The notes below the pieces were generated by a model. The model was not told where the DNA came from. It saw only the letters and a program-made list of their open reading frames with translations, and ran no database searches. Source: Geosiphon pyriformis uo1 (lineage: Eukaryota > Fungi > Glomeromycota). Taken from it: a DNA stretch of 64,000 nucleotides. Made by a program: the position numbers and the translations under genes. Every line of letters starts with the position of its first letter. Positions within the stretch are counted from its first letter, which is position 1. Below, one piece after another: positions 25,729 through 40,542 of the stretch. Location: positions 685,222 through 749,221 of the forward strand of contig JAAOMT010000659.1 in assembly GCA_016748015.1 (NCBI GenBank), given 5' to 3'.

Positions 25729-28700
25729 GTATAATGCTCAAAATTTTTGCCTGTATTTCTGAAGTTGTTTTTTCATGAGTTTTATATCCTCTATGATTTC
25801 TCCAAGGTAATCATATAGTTCTAATTGCCTTCTATATGACAAGTTTTTGTTTATGGGTAAGATTTCTTGAAGTGTTTTTCCAATTGTGCTAGAAGATAGA
25901 AGTATAGCTGCTATTATACTTTTCAACAGATATTTATCCATTTTGCTACCAATTTTTTCTCTTCTGGTGGTAGTTTTTTTTGGTCTAATAACAATATGTG
26001 TTCTACTGTTATTAGTTATAGTGGTTTGTTTTCCAATGATCAGAGTAGCATTTGGATAGTTTTTAATCCAATACTCATGAAAAGTATAGAAAGTGTTTTG
26101 AATGTTTTGATCCAAAAAATAATTGTTTATGTTGATTGAAGATACCTCTGTTTTGGGAATGATGCATTTATTTATACTTGATTTTTGTTGATTATTTGAG
26201 TTAGTATTACCACAACAGGCAACTAATAAGGTTGTTTATAATATTTCTTGAGTTGTGTACCATAAACAGAACGATTATTGAAGATTGTTACAGATTGATC
26301 TTAAAGAATATAAGAACTATTGTTCAAAACTTTGTTGACTATAAAAGATTCTTTTCATTGGCTAGAGAATTTATTACCATAGACATTGTCTTTGTCTGAA
26401 TAGTATTCCAATACCAAGTCATCAACACTTAAAGAAAGTGTTTTATAAGTTTTCTTTTTCTTAAGCTTTTCTTGAAACTGTTTTATCTTTTCAAAAGCAA
26501 TTATTCATGCTTCTACCAAGGAGTCAAGAATAGTATCAAGTCTTCTTTGCAAAATGTCTTTGTAATTTCCTATTGTGATTTCTTCAAAAGGTATTGTTTC
26601 AATGTCAGTTTCTATTAGTAGTGTTGCCATGTGTCCATAGAGCAGATAAAAAGGTTCATAACTTATTATGTCATAATTCACAGTTCTATAAGCAAACAAA
26701 GCTGAAGACAGTACTTTGTTTTATAAGTTTGTTTCTTCACTGGTTTTGGCTAAAGTTTTACATAGTGTTCTATTAAAATATTTTACTAGGCCATTTGTTT
26801 GAGGGTGATAAAGGGAGAAAAGTTTATAACATATTTTTATTTTTCTACAAAGTTTTTCAACCAGTGTACTGAGAAAAGCTCTTTTTTTATCAGATAAAAG
26901 TTTTTTAGGGCAGTCATAACAGCAAATGATATTTTTATAAATGAAATTGGCTATTAAGACTGCTGTTTGATTAGAAGTGGCTTTTGCTTCTACCCACTTT
27001 GTAAGATAGTTAGTAGCTGTGTTAATGTATCTGTTGCTATTAAAAGTTATTGTTAAAAGTCTAACAACATCTATACCAATTCTGTTAAATGATTGACCAA
27101 CAGAGATTAGATGAATATCTTCTTTGTGATTGGATTTGTCTTTTCTTTGGCAGATGTCACAGGTTTTGATGTATTTAGCAATGTTTTTTTTTCAAGATAA
27201 GCCAATAATAGTGAGTTAAAGTTTTCTGAATTGTTTTTGTTTTTTCAAAGTGTCTAGCTAATGAGTCAATGTGCATGTTGTATATTACAATTTCTCTTTC
27301 TTCAAATCTGATAACTCTCTGAAAGTGGTTAGAATCTTTTCTATTTCTTTTATATAGCTGGTTCTGGCAAATCAAATAGAAATTTAATTGTTTGCACAAA
27401 TGTTTTCTTTGCTGTCGAGTGTATTCTGGTGGGTATTGTTCTTTACTCAAAAATTCTATTAAGGCAGAGTAGTTATCCAAGTCCATTATTGTGTTTGTTT
27501 ATAAAAAAGTTACTAATAATTAAGTTGGTATGGTTTGAGAGATTGTATTATTACTGGATGGTAAGTCTAAAGAGAGCATTGGCATTTTGATAATTTGCTT
27601 CTTTGTGGTGTTGAATATCATAATCAAATTTATCCAAGTAGAGTATTTAGTGAGTTATTTGTTTGTGTTCTAGCTTCTTTTTATTATGCAGTCAAACCAG
27701 GGCTTAATGATCTGTTACCACTAAGAATTTTGCACCAAGAAAATATTGATCCTAGTAACTAATAGCCCAAACTACTGCTAAACATTCTTATTCAATAACT
27801 GAATAGTTCTTTTCTGCTGGTGTGAGGGATCTACTGGCATATGCTATGACATGTTCTCTGCCATTTTCATTTTTCTGTAAAAAAACAGCACTAAATCCAT
27901 AGCCAGATGCATCAGTATAGAAAATAAAAGATTGGTTCAGATCAGATTGCTTGAAAATTGGTTCAGTGACAAGTTTTTTCTTCAGAATTTCAAAAGTTTT
28001 TTGTTAATAAGCGCCCTAGTAATAATTAACATTTTTTCTGAGTAGCTAATTAAAAAAAAAGACAATTTTGGAAAAATCTTTAATAAATTTGTGATAGTAA
28101 AAGGTCAAACCAAGGAAAGAGTGTAGTTTAAGAATATTCATTGGTTGTCTAATGTTTTGAACTTTTTCAACTTTAGCTAGGTCAGAGAAAATTCTATCTT
28201 TTGTAATAAGATAACCAAAGAACTGAGTGGATTGGCATCCAAAGAAAGATTTGATTGGGTTGATTTTAAGGCCGACATTTCTGAGCAGATCAAAAATTTT
28301 CTGTAAATGTTTAAAGTATTCATTCCAGGTTTTTGAGTAGACTATTATGTCATCTAAGTAAACCAGAACAAAGTTTTCTTTTACTGATTCAAATACTTTG
28401 TCTATTAGGCATTGAAAAATAGAAGGGGCATTGGTGAGACCAAAAGACATAACTGTGAATTCATAGGTGCCATACTTGGTAATGAAAACAGTTTTTTTTT
28501 TGCTTTCTGAATTCATCTTTACTTGCCAGAATCTAGCAGTTAAGTCAATAGTTGAGAAGAAAGCAGCACTATTGAATTTATCTAGCATTGCATTAATTTT
28601 GGGGAGTGGGTATATGTCTTTTATAGTAATAGTATTTAATTGGCAGTAGTTAATACAGAAGCATAAAGTTCCACTTTTTTTGGATACCACTACAACTGGG

Positions 28701-31700
28701 AAAGTCCATTCACTCTTGGTTTTTTATATAAATCCAAGATTTTTCATCCAGTTTATCTCCTTCTTGATAAACTTATTATTGTGTTAATTAGATTAATAAG
28801 GCTTTAAATGAATGGAATGAGTTTTTTTTGTGTTGTATTACATGGGTTCATCTAGGTGTATTACCTTCTTTTAAGATAACTGGGCTATTCTTACCAACAG
28901 ATTTTCAATGTCCACTTTTTTTTTTTTAGGGGAAAGTTCTTTTTGTTCTACAACTAGGAATTGAATTTTAGGTAGTTCACTCTCAAAGGACTTCTGTACT
29001 TTTTTTAGTTCTTTTCTGGGTATCAAACTAATTGGCTTCCAATCTTTGTAATAGATTAGGCAGAACTTGTATTTATTACTAGGGGAATATAGAGGTTTAT
29101 TGTACCAGCACCTGGCACAAGAGCCATGTTACCAATAACTATATTTTGCTTTCTTACCAGGTTTTCTATCAAAGATTCTTCTGAGGATATCATAGTAGAG
29201 CCAGCAGATTAGCTTGTCATTTATCATTATTCCTTCTTTGTCAGCTTTAATATTGTCTAGTGGCTTGCTATTGCTAATGAAGATAGTATAAGCAAGTTCA
29301 GCAGTTTCTTCTTGTTCTTCTTAATCTTTTTCTTCATCACTTTTATCATCATCTGATTCATCTGATTGTTCTTCTTCTTAATTCTGCTTGGATACTGAAG
29401 AGGTTGTCTAATAACAGCACTTAACCACAATAGGTTTCTCATTACATCTAATAGTTAGTTCACAAAGTTTATAATCAAGCAAGGCTTTTGCCTTTTTGAG
29501 CCATTTATTGTCAACTATTATGGTGTATTTTTTTGCTTTAGATACTTTCATATCAGTTTCAATGCTAATGCTATTGATTCAGACAGGAACAGCTTTGGCT
29601 ATGCTGAGATCTTTCTTTTTGTCACTATGTATATTGGTTATTGGTCTTGTAGATAGTTCATTAATTTTTCTGCCAATTGCTTCTAAAAAGTGTTTGGCAA
29701 TGATGCTAACAGATAATCTACTGTTCAAGATCAGATCAATAAAATAACCAGCCACTTGGGCTTTACAAATAGAAAAGGTAACATTGCTGTTGTCAACAAG
29801 TCCAGCTTGGCATAGGCATTTGTTGGTCTTTGGTATCTTTTTCTTTGAAATCAATGATTTGCAAAGATTTTTTCTAAACTGTAGATGAGTCATTAACTGG
29901 CCAAAAGTGATATGTGCTGAGATTTCCATAAGATTTTTTACAACAAAATAGGGTCCAAATTTTTGTACAATTTCTGGAGGTTCTAACTTTGGAGAATTCT
30001 TAAAAACTTTAGCCTTTGATGGCTCATTGTTATCAGCAGTGAAAGTTGAGGCTTTGTTGAGATCTAAAACAAAATCAACTTTGGCTTTTTTCTTTTTTCT
30101 TGTCAAGTCAAAAGTGTTGATTGTCAGTTCATCCATATCATGGTCATTATTAGTTAGTTTAAAGGCATAAAAGGGGTTTTCTTTTGGTTGGCTTGTACTT
30201 TCACCCTTTAAAGGTGTGCCTACCAGCTTAAAGGCTAATAAACAGTGGCTTCAACTAAGAGATTCTCTCCAAAGAAATTGATGTTAGCATGATTGGGTCT
30301 TTGGTTGGGGACATTGTTGTTAATAGTTCTGTTGTTTTAATTGTTATTGTTTCTGGGAGCTGAAAGAGGCAGGAGAGGATTGTTGTAATCTCTGAAAAAA
30401 TATCTAGTTAATCCACAGTAATAACACACAGGTGGGCCATGATTTTGTTGTCTTTGATAAGGGGGTTGTTGGGGTTGATTAAAGTAAATTCAAATCTGAG
30501 TCTTTGTGATTGTTGATTTTCTCTGACTGCTTGGGCTAAGGGTTTTAGTAACCAGACAAGATTAGCTGTAAGTTTATCTATTAACTATTCATTTAGATCT
30601 GGAGTTTGGGCAGTAAAAAAAGTAACAGCCATTTAAGGAGCAGGGGCCATAACAAGAGCAGAAGCAAAAACTGGAAGTGTAAATCCCAAGTACATCTTTT
30701 GATTGTCTTTAATTTGTTGGGCAAGTTCAATGGCCATGTTTATTATGAGATTGTTTTTCAGGGCCAGAAAGAACCAAAGAGCATAAGACAGATCTGTTCT
30801 CAATCCTTTTGTAAAGGAATAAATCTTTTGTTCTTTTGTTCAGTTTTTTCCAGAATCTACTTGCTTGATTAATTTTCTGATTTCTTTGGCATATTTAGTT
30901 ACAACTTCACGAGGACCTTGGATTTTTCTTTTTAATTCCATACACCATTTGGATATTAAGATAAGAGTTCTAAATTTAGTTTCAAACCAGGTTGTGAAAG
31001 AAGTGTTTTCTTCTCCAGCATTTGTTGGTGCCCATTTAATGATTCTTTGGTAAGCACTAGCATTAGTTTCTTGTGAGAACTATGTAGCAAAAGACTCTTG
31101 GAGGTAGCTACCAATGATTTGGAACTTGTATTTATTATTATATTGGTTGGCTGTGGTAGTTCTTTTAAAGTCATCCAACCATTTAATTGGATTTTGTGCA
31201 TTGCCTCTGAATAATGGTAGTGGAATATTGTTTCTTTACTCTAAAGCAGTTTGTATGTCTTGGAGGGTAATCAGAATGTTTTGTTGCATGGGGTCATTAA
31301 CCATTGGTTCAGGGGTAACTGTGTGGATAAATTTGATTCACTTAATAAAAGATCAAAAACAGGAGCAGTTTGATAGCTTTCTTTTTCTGTTTCAAAAGGA
31401 GTTTTAGTTGCTTAATGAACAGCAATCCAAGTGTGGATTTAATGATTTAGATATTCAAAATCAGGAGGCTGTTGTTTAAAAGTTGTGGAGTATAAAAGCT
31501 AATTGATACTGTTGTTTCTTTTTTCAAAGTTGTCTTTAAAATAAGCTTGGTTAAAGTAATAGATTGTGTAGACTGTATAAGTTTCAGCTAAATGCTCATT
31601 CAGAAACCAGTTTTAAAAGTCTTGGAATTGTCTGCTGAATTGTTTTTTAATGGAAAAACAAATTAAGCAGAAAGGCAAAGAATTGAGTTCAATAAAATCT

Positions 31701-32486
31701 AGATTATTTTTGTTGTGTGCTTCAAAGTGTTTTTCTAATTGTTATGGCAGATATGAATAATCACTTATATAATAGAAAACAAGGTGAATTTTGACAATCT
31801 CACAGGAAGCACTACTTTTATGTTATGGATTAGAGTAACAAGCTAACAAATAGCAAGAGAGAACAAGATTGTAGGATAATAGAAATAATCAAAGGAATTT
31901 CAACTTTAATAAGCAAATTGAATAAGTATGAATTTAATGTGCAAGATCAGTCTCATAAAATATTTCAGTCACTATACTTTTCAAAAATAATCAGGAAATT
32001 TGAAAATAGAGGAATAGTCCATACTGTCAACAAATGATCACATCTGATATAATTCTATGTCTTATGTCAACACTCTTAGAATTCAATATCAAGTATTAGA
32101 TGTACTCTTCAATTACATTTTACTTAATAATTTTCAAATGTTGCAATTACATGTTTCAGGAAAAGAGTAAGGAATAATCAACAAGTAATCTTTTATTCCA
32201 AGATATTCAGATACTTGAATGTAGAGAAAGGGAAATTAATGATAAGAGAATAATTAAGATAAAAGTTGTTATTTTATTTATTTTATTTTTTTGATTTCTA
32301 TATGCTTTTCTATAGCTAAGAGATTCATTGCTTATATAACTGTTAAAAGTAGTCAATGATCAGGTCAATGATCAGGTCATTAATCAGGTTAATAATCATT
32401 TTTTAAAAATATAGTGGCTAATTTATATAACATTAGTGGCTAATACATATGATAATTAATAAGAAATATAAGTTTCAACTGTAACA
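25729..32486 (-). mobile_element. Ty3/Gypsy family A copy A0 (host of A1; 3' part lies outside the window)
   Basis: Resumes mid-ORF3 at GTATAATGC; IN, RH, RT, PR and gag remnants; PBS; 5' LTR 31821-32486. Confidence 0.9.
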
Positions 32487-34069
32487 ATAATATGTAATAA
32501 TTAATAAAAATTATAGTGTTAATCATAATATTATTAAACTGTTTCTGTTTTTGATTTTTTTTAAGTAAATTAAAGCTTTTTAAAAAACAGTTATTTCTAA
32601 ACCAATGACTATTAATTTTATATAAGCAAATATTTTGATTACTTTTTAAAATATATAACTTGCTTTTAAAACAAAAAAACAATATTTTACTATTTTTATT
32701 TAAAAATAATACATAAAATCTAATTAAATAATTAAATAACTTTAAAAAAACAGCAACAGCCAATTAATACAATAATACTTACAAATTACAGATTGTTGAT
32801 AGTTATTTTTAAAATTTTTTTACTATCTGGTTTTAACAAAAAACTATTATTAGTGTTTTCTAAAAAATAAAAAAAATTTTAAAATACAAAAAAAACAATA
32901 TTTTTATTATTATTTAGTTTGAATAAAAATTTAAAATTTTAATTTTAATATCTAAATAATACATGAAATTAGAAAAAAAATTCAAAATTTTGGTAATTAA
33001 ATATGCCAAAGTTATAAAAAAGTTAATTAAGCAAATAGACTCTAAAAAAAATTAAACAAAAACTTTATTTTTTTACAAAAGAATTAAGAATTAATTAATC
33101 ATATGCTTTTTGGTTTTTTTTGGTTTTAAAAAATAATTTTACAATAAATATAACTATTAAACTTGTTTAAAAAATCAAAAACAATTAAAAAATATATTTG
33201 GAATTCATATTTTTAGTTTTTGTTTTTGTTTTGACTTTAGCTTTTTAAATAGCTGTTATTTCTTTTGCTAATTAAATTTAAGATTTAAATAAACAGCTTA
33301 TAGATAAGCTTACTGCTAATTTTATCTGATTATTTAAATTATTAGCACAAGTAATAAAAAAATTCAATAATATTAGAAACCTAAATTTAAATCTTATATT
33401 AAGCAAAATTATAACTTATTTGTATATTACTATTGTAAATTAATTAAATACTTTTTAAAAAATTGTAACAATTTATTTTTGCTTTTATTAATTTTTAAAA
33501 ACAATAACAATCAAAACAATAAAATTAATAATAATAATATTTTTAATCAAAAATTTAATCATATAAACCTAAATTTTTTTGAAAAAAATTTCTTAATTAA
33601 AGTTATTACTTATTAATTTTTAAGTTAATAAGCATATTATTAAAAAGTAAGAATATAAATTAACAAAAAAAATTTTTTTTATGTATTTAATCTAATTAAT
33701 AATAATTATAATATAAATAAATTAATTATTAATCTTTTTAATTTTACAAAAAAAAACCAAGATTGATTTTATTCTAAATTTTAACAAAGTTACTACATTA
33801 ATTACTAAAAACAATAAACAATTAAAAACAAAAGTTTTTAAAAATTTTTAAAAATTGTACAAAAATTTGAATTTTATTCTATTGTCAAAAATTTTATAAA
33901 AACTCAAATACAAAAAAAAAAAACTTCTTTCTTTCCTTCATCCAAAAATCCCAAAAAAGAGTCTATAGTTTTTTTGAAAGAAGTTTTTTTTTTTTTTTTT
34001 ACCATTCAGTACAATAAATCAAAACCATTCTTTGATTACGAGGCCACTGTTGGCTCTGTTATTACTGTT

Positions 34070-35868
34070 ATGAAGAAAATTGTTAAAGCTTCTGGTTCTG
34101 AGGGTGGTTTCAAGACTGTTGCATCAAGGAAGAAGAAAAAGAGAGGTGTGTTGGAAGAAGGTATTGATAATAAAGGGGTTGCTGCTGAAGCTCTTGGTAC
34201 TCGTTCATGGGGTTCTGAGACTGGTGACACTATGGAATCTGAGAGTATTGACATGGAGGAAGAATGCTTGGTTAAAGAGACTAGTGTAGACTATGATGAT
34301 AATAGTACTCTCATAGGAGGGAATCCTGATCAAACACCAAAGGGTTTGCATGTAAAGACCAAGAAAGTATTAGGGAAACCGTTGGGTGTAATTAATTATG
34401 ATACTGTTGATGCAGAAGATAATGTGTTGGATGATTCTCTTCTTCTCCTATCTTCTCTTCCAGTCAAGCCATCCGTTCAAGTGCCTGTTCGCAAATCCTT
34501 TGCTTTAGATATTGATCTGGTAGCAGTGGCTGGAAAATTCTCTCAGAAAAAAGTCGATTTTGTCAGAAAAATCTTTTCAGGTGTAAATGGTTTTGGGAGA
34601 GTCTCTACTCCCTCAAAATTTGGTGGAATCATCTGGGTATCTTTCACTTCTGAAAAAGCAATGATGGCAGCTGTGCAGTTGGCAAATGATTATGGTGTTG
34701 TGGTAAACACTAATCTTAAGTGCCCTATCAACAATTATACAAATTGGGCAATTGTGTTGAAAGAAATTCCTGTGGGAACTTCCATTGAGGCAGTGCGTGC
34801 AGCCATTTCTGAATTTGGGTTTATTAAGTCGATCAAAATGCAGTTGGTGGGTCTATGGCAAAAGGCAATCATCAAATTAGAGGATCAAATTTAGGCTAAT
34901 CTCTTGGCAGCTGAGTGGTCTATCCTTATTGGGAAAGATGCGGTGTGTGTGGCCCAAGCCGATATTGACAAACAAACATGGAATGCCAAAGATGAGTTTA
35001 GGGCTTTGCTTTATATGCCCCTCATGGACACCAATGCTCATGATTTCTGGGACTTCATTGGTTTGATTGGTGGGAAAACATGTGTTATTGAATGCAGTTC
35101 TGTTAGTTATGTCTGAACACACTGTGCCACTGTGTGCTTTGATTCTGAGGATAGCTTTATTCAGGCAATGACAAACACTTCTGTTATAAAAGGTGTTGGT
35201 CTCTGATAATCTTGTTTAACTACTGCATGGTGCTCAATTTGCAAAACTTCTGGTTATATTTCTCTTGCTTGTCATACTGCTAGTGTGTCCTCAAGTCCTA
35301 GGAGCAAAAGAGCTCCTCTTTCGGCTCAGGATCAGTTCTGTCTGGCAAAGATTTATGAAAAAAAATCTGCTCTGTTTCTCATCCTTTGGCTTTCAGTGGA
35401 AAAACTTGGGCCTCCGTGGTTGGTAATCCACTCCTGATAGTGTTTTTTGGTGATTCAGCTCAATCTGGTTCTATATCTTATGATAAATCTCTTCTGACTG
35501 TTAATGGCGAATTGGAAGACCGTTTGAAGAATATTGAAAGCAGTCTTGTCAGCCTTACAGGACAGATTGGTGAGTTGGCTAAGAAGTTGGACTTATTCAT
35601 GCCAGCAGTTTCTCAGCCTAGCCCTGGATGTCAGCTGCTGGTAACCCTCCCATCGCAGAATTAAGGGGAGGATATAGTGATGGAAGTGGGTTTGGGTGAT
35701 GCCACTAGTGACAAGACTGCTGCCATTCTTGGTTCAACTGCCTCACCTAAGATTGTAAAATTGGAAAACATGTTGGAAGATCTCTCTGCTTTGGTCATAA
35801 GCCTATCAGCGCACTTGGATGGTTTGGCTTTGGCAGGTGGTGCTTTTCCTTTACCTCTTTCTCAATGA
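34070..35868 (+). pseudogene. LINE ORF1
   Basis: In-frame fragments 33974, 34904, 35386 and 35677; basic N-terminus and a C-terminal coiled-coil-like segment; may begin upstream of this ATG. Confidence 0.75.
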
Positions 35869-38800
35869 ATGGTCTGATATAGAAAATTGCTACATGTAAT
35901 ATTCATGGATTGAACAATCCTGTGAAGCAAAATAATGTCATTCATTGGCACAAGGATATGGACAATTTAGTTTCTATTTTCACAGAGTCAAAGCTTAAAG
36001 AGAAAGTTTGTCTATGGTTGGCCGACAAATTTGATGGTGTTCGGGTTTTTACTTCTGGTCTGAATTCTGGTTCTTCGGGTGCTGGGATGTTAATTGTCGT
36101 GAATTCTTCTTTAGCAAAGCACATCTGTAAAATTTCTGAGGTGCCTGGTCGGCTCTTATCTATCAAGTTGCTTTTCAAAAATAAACTTTCAGTGTCTATT
36201 TTGGGGCTCTATGCTGGTATGTCACCAGTGGCTTGGTTTTTTCAGGCTGGTGAGATCAACTCTCTTATTGCTAAAGCCATTAATGAGTCCTCTTTTGTTA
36301 TTCTTGGTGGTAATTTTAATGAGAATGGTTCACACAAATGTGCCAGTTTCAAAAAATGTTCTAATTTGGGTTTGATTAACTCTCTGGGAGGGAGCTCTTT
36401 TGTAAAATCACCTACTTGGTGCAATTCTTATGGTATTACTAAGACAATTGACTACGTGTTTGTTTCTTCTAATTTGGTTGGTGTAGTGATGGATTGTGGT
36501 GTGGATGGTGTTGGGGAATATTTTGATACTGATCACAAGGCTGTTTATATTTCTGTGGAACTGGGTGGCCTGCTCAATGTTCAGCTGAATTTACTGCGCA
36601 AACAGGCTAATAAAGATCATTGGAAGTATGATATCAAAAATACCAGTGAGATTAAGTGGTTAGAATTCAGGAATGCTATGGCTGCTAATGCTGTTATGTT
36701 TTCAGATGAGTTTGTTATGGCTAAGCAGTTTTCTGATCTGGATGCAATATGGGACATTGTTTATAAGGTTGTGGTTCTTTCTGCTAGTGGTACATTTAAG
36801 AAAAAATGGTTTAGGGGTTTCGATTGTGTTTTTAATAAGGTTTCTTTCTGGTTTTATAAATTGAAGCTACTTGTGTCTAAACTGGTGAAGGCTTCTCAGA
36901 TGGTTTCTGGCAGGAATTTTGCCTTGTTGTTGGATACTTGGAACAGGCTTGATTCTGTGGGCACTTCAATGATAAGATTTTTGTTTCTTTCTGGTGTCGG
37001 TTTTGATGCAATCCATTCTGGGCTGGCTAAGGTGAAAAAGTCTTACTGCTCTTCTAAGTTGTTGAAATCAAAGCAAGCTGAAGAATCTGGTATAAGGCAG
37101 ACTATTGAGAGAAGGATGGAGAGTTTTGAGGTGGATAAGGGTCATACCATTAGAAGTGTTTTGGAGCATCTTTTTTATAAAGTGGTGCTGGATTATTTGG
37201 TGGATGGTAGGGAGTTGGTCTTGGAGCCTGAGTTAGTTAAATCTAAGGTGGATGGAATTATGGAGGGTTGAACTCGAAAACGTGTGGTGGCTTCTGATAT
37301 CTCTGGTGATTGGGCTAGGCAATTTTGGCCTTTGGATCATGTCTTTGATGGTGCCTTTTTGAATGTAATACATTCAATCAGTTTCAATGAGATGTTTGGT
37401 GTTGTTTCAAATTTGCCCAATGGGAAAGTGGCTGGTCTTTCTGGTATCAATAATAAACTTTGGAAACATGGTCTTGAATATGTTTTTGGTGCTCTTAAAT
37501 TTTTGTTTAGGTTGTGAGTCTGTGCCTGGGCCCTGGAGGGAAGCCTGGGTCTCAATAATCTCTAAATTTTATGAGTGGGAAAGGGTTCTTACAAATACCC
37601 ATCTGATTGCTTTGATTGAGACAGCTCACAAGGTCCTTTCCAAGATTTTGTCAGATCGGATTTCTCTGGCTTGTAGCAGTTTTGATGTCCTTTGTGGGGA
37701 CAATTTCTCTGTCCTGAAGGGTACGTCTACTCAATCACCTATCTTTGCTATTGGTTCAGTAATTGAAGATGCTTTGAAAAAGAACTAGGAGTTGTGATTA
37801 GTTTTACAAGATATGCGCAAAGCTTATGATTCTGTTGGTTGGGAGCATCTCAAGAGAAGTTTGGTTAGGATCAAAATGTGTGACAAATTTATCAGGTTTT
37901 TTGATAGCATTTATAATAGTCGCACTAACAGAGTGATAACGGATTTTGGTTTGACTGATGGATATCATGTTCACGATAGGTTGGATTAAGGGGAGGTTTT
38001 TTCGCCACTTCTCTGGCACATATTTTATGACTCACTTTTGTGTGAGATTAAGAGACAGGAGAGCATTTATGGTTACAGGTTGATTTCTCATTTCGTTTCT
38101 AAGACTGGCCAGATGGAATCGCAAGCTGGACTGTCATTATTTCTGGCTGCTGGTGCTTTTGTTGATGATACTATCTGGGTTGATAGCAGCCAAGCTGCTA
38201 CACAACACATTCTCAATGTTGCTAGTGAGTTTTTTCATTTAAATGACATTTCAATAAACAATAACAAGACTGTGAGCATTCCTATCAACTGTCAAGTCGC
38301 TGCTCCTTATTTAACTATCAGTAGTGTGCCAATTTCCATCACTAAAAGAGGTGAACCTCATCAGTATCTGGGTATTTTTTTGTTTTCTGAGGGTCTTTTG
38401 AAGCCTAGCTTAGTTAAGGCACATTTGAATGTTTGGTTTTTTGTCAATCTTATTCTGAGAAAAGTTATTTCAGATAAACAGCTTGCTTATTTGGTGTCTT
38501 CAGTTCTCTTTCCTATCGTCAGCTACAGAACTCAGTTCAGTTTTATTCCTCTCAGTGTGTATAATAAATGGGACACTTTGGTTTGCAAAAATCTGAAATC
38601 CAAATCTGGGCTGCCTCTGGACTTTTCCAATGATGCTTTTCATCATCCTTCATTGTACAATTTAAAAACTTTTGAGCAGATTCAGGCTGAAAGCAAGTCA
38701 GCTTCTGTTATTACTTTTGCGAATTCGGTTGGTGTTTTGGGTTGCTTATTTTCTCATAGGTCTCATGATCTCCAGGTTCTTAGCTGGTGTCCTCATTACC

Positions 38801-40542
38801 CTTTGTTATTTCCTGTTTATGTTGGGGTTAGCCCTTCAAACAATTTTTTGGTGGGTGTGGTTCATATTTTTTCTGGGTGTGATTTGTCTTTGGATGGCTC
38901 TCTGGCTGGTGCTTTTTGTCTTTAGAATGGTACTCCTATGCCTCTAGTTCTCAGCAAAACAATTTTTTTCAAATGTGTTCTTTCCTTTAGGCGTTATGGT
39001 ATTGCTTTTGTAGAACAGCTTCGTAACCAAAATAGCATTGTTTTTGATTGGAAGACTTTTAAGCGTTGGAAAAAACTGGACCCCCATGGCCCAGTCCCCT
39101 CCTGATTTGAGCTCTCTGTATGTTTTCTTGGTAGTGTAGCTTCTCTTTCTGATCATTTTCCTCATAGGGGTGTTTGTGGCTCTTCTGACATTTGTCAGTC
39201 TTTTGGTTTTGATGTTATTTGTAATGATCTATTGAATGTTGGTGCTGCCTGCCTCTCTGTATACACAAATGGGTCTCTGAGTAACTTGGGCACTGTTGAT
39301 ATGTTGGCTGGTGCTGCAGTTTTCTTTGAGAACATTGATTTGGGTCTGGGTGTGAGGGTTTCTGGTTTGGTTTCTTTTACTTTGGCAGAGTTGCAGGCCA
39401 TTGCTTTAGCTCTTGAGTGTGTTCTTTCTTCTCATTCAGTTGACTTGTTCTCAGACAGCCAAGTGGCCATAGATGCTTATAGGTCAGAGTCTTTATTGGC
39501 TGGCCCTGATTTTAAGAATTGTTGTTGGATTGAGCGTCGTCACATCACCAATGTCATTCATTGCAAAAATTTGGATGTTAATTGGATTAAGGTTAAGGGC
39601 CATTCAGGTGTTTCAGGCAATGAGCATGCTAATGCACTTGCTAAGGAAGCTGTCTTTTCTGCCTGGCACTTGCCCCACTTGGTCAGTGAGAGGTTTTTGA
39701 AGGCTGGTATTAATATGGTTTCTGGCAATTCAAGGCATTTTGTTCATAACATATTCAGATCAATTCATCATGCACATTGGGAGGTTGGTTCTGGTTCCCG
39801 GGTTGTTCCAGGGTGTATGCATGCTGATATTGACTGGTTGAGGTCTTCTTTGGTGTGGTACCCAGATTTCCACATGGCGACTGGTTTTACTAGTACTCGG
39901 ACAGCTGGCTTTTGTACATATTTCATGAAAGCCTTTCATCATCGCCTTCCTGTTGCTATGCAAAAATGTCTGTATGATAGGGTTTATCTCAGTGTGGTTT
40001 GTTTGTTCTGTGGTGAGGTTGAAGTCTCAGACCATGTCTTTTCTTGCTCTTTTGATGCTGATAGCCACACTGGTTTGTTGGACACTTATGCAGCTGTCTG
40101 AGAGGTGCATTCTGGCCTGTTTTGTTCTTTTTCGTGCATATTGCAGTTGTTGTCAACTTGCATTTCAGATTTGTCTGTCAGTATGGCCCTGTGTAAAGAC
40201 TTTGTTTTCGGCGATTGGTATTGTGAGTCTGTTTCTGTTTACAAGAATCCTAAGGTGGCAGTGGTTGAAGTTGTGGATTTTGTGCAAGAATTTTGTCTTG
40301 CATTTCGTGATAATATCTGGCTAGTTCGTGTAAAACACCGGGCCATTATGGAGAGGAATAAGCTGATTCTACATGATGGTTTTATTTCTGTCACTGTTTC
40401 TGGTTTTTCTACATGGTTTTTAGCTGGAGTGATTAGGTTGTTGGGCATTGCTAATGCACTTGGCATCAGTTTTGGGTATTGTAAGCATTGTTTGTTTTAT
40501 GCAGGTGTTGGTGACATGGCTTTCATTCATATAAGTGTGTAG
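35865..40542 (+). pseudogene. LINE ORF2 (endonuclease-RT-RNase H-zinc finger)
   Basis: APE motifs TCNIHG, GG(D)FN, IDYVF, TDHKAV; RT LQDMRKAYDSV and FVDDT; RNase H YT(D)GS..AELQAI..SDSQ..WIKVKGHSG; CLFC..H...C; one frameshift near 37470. Confidence 0.92.
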
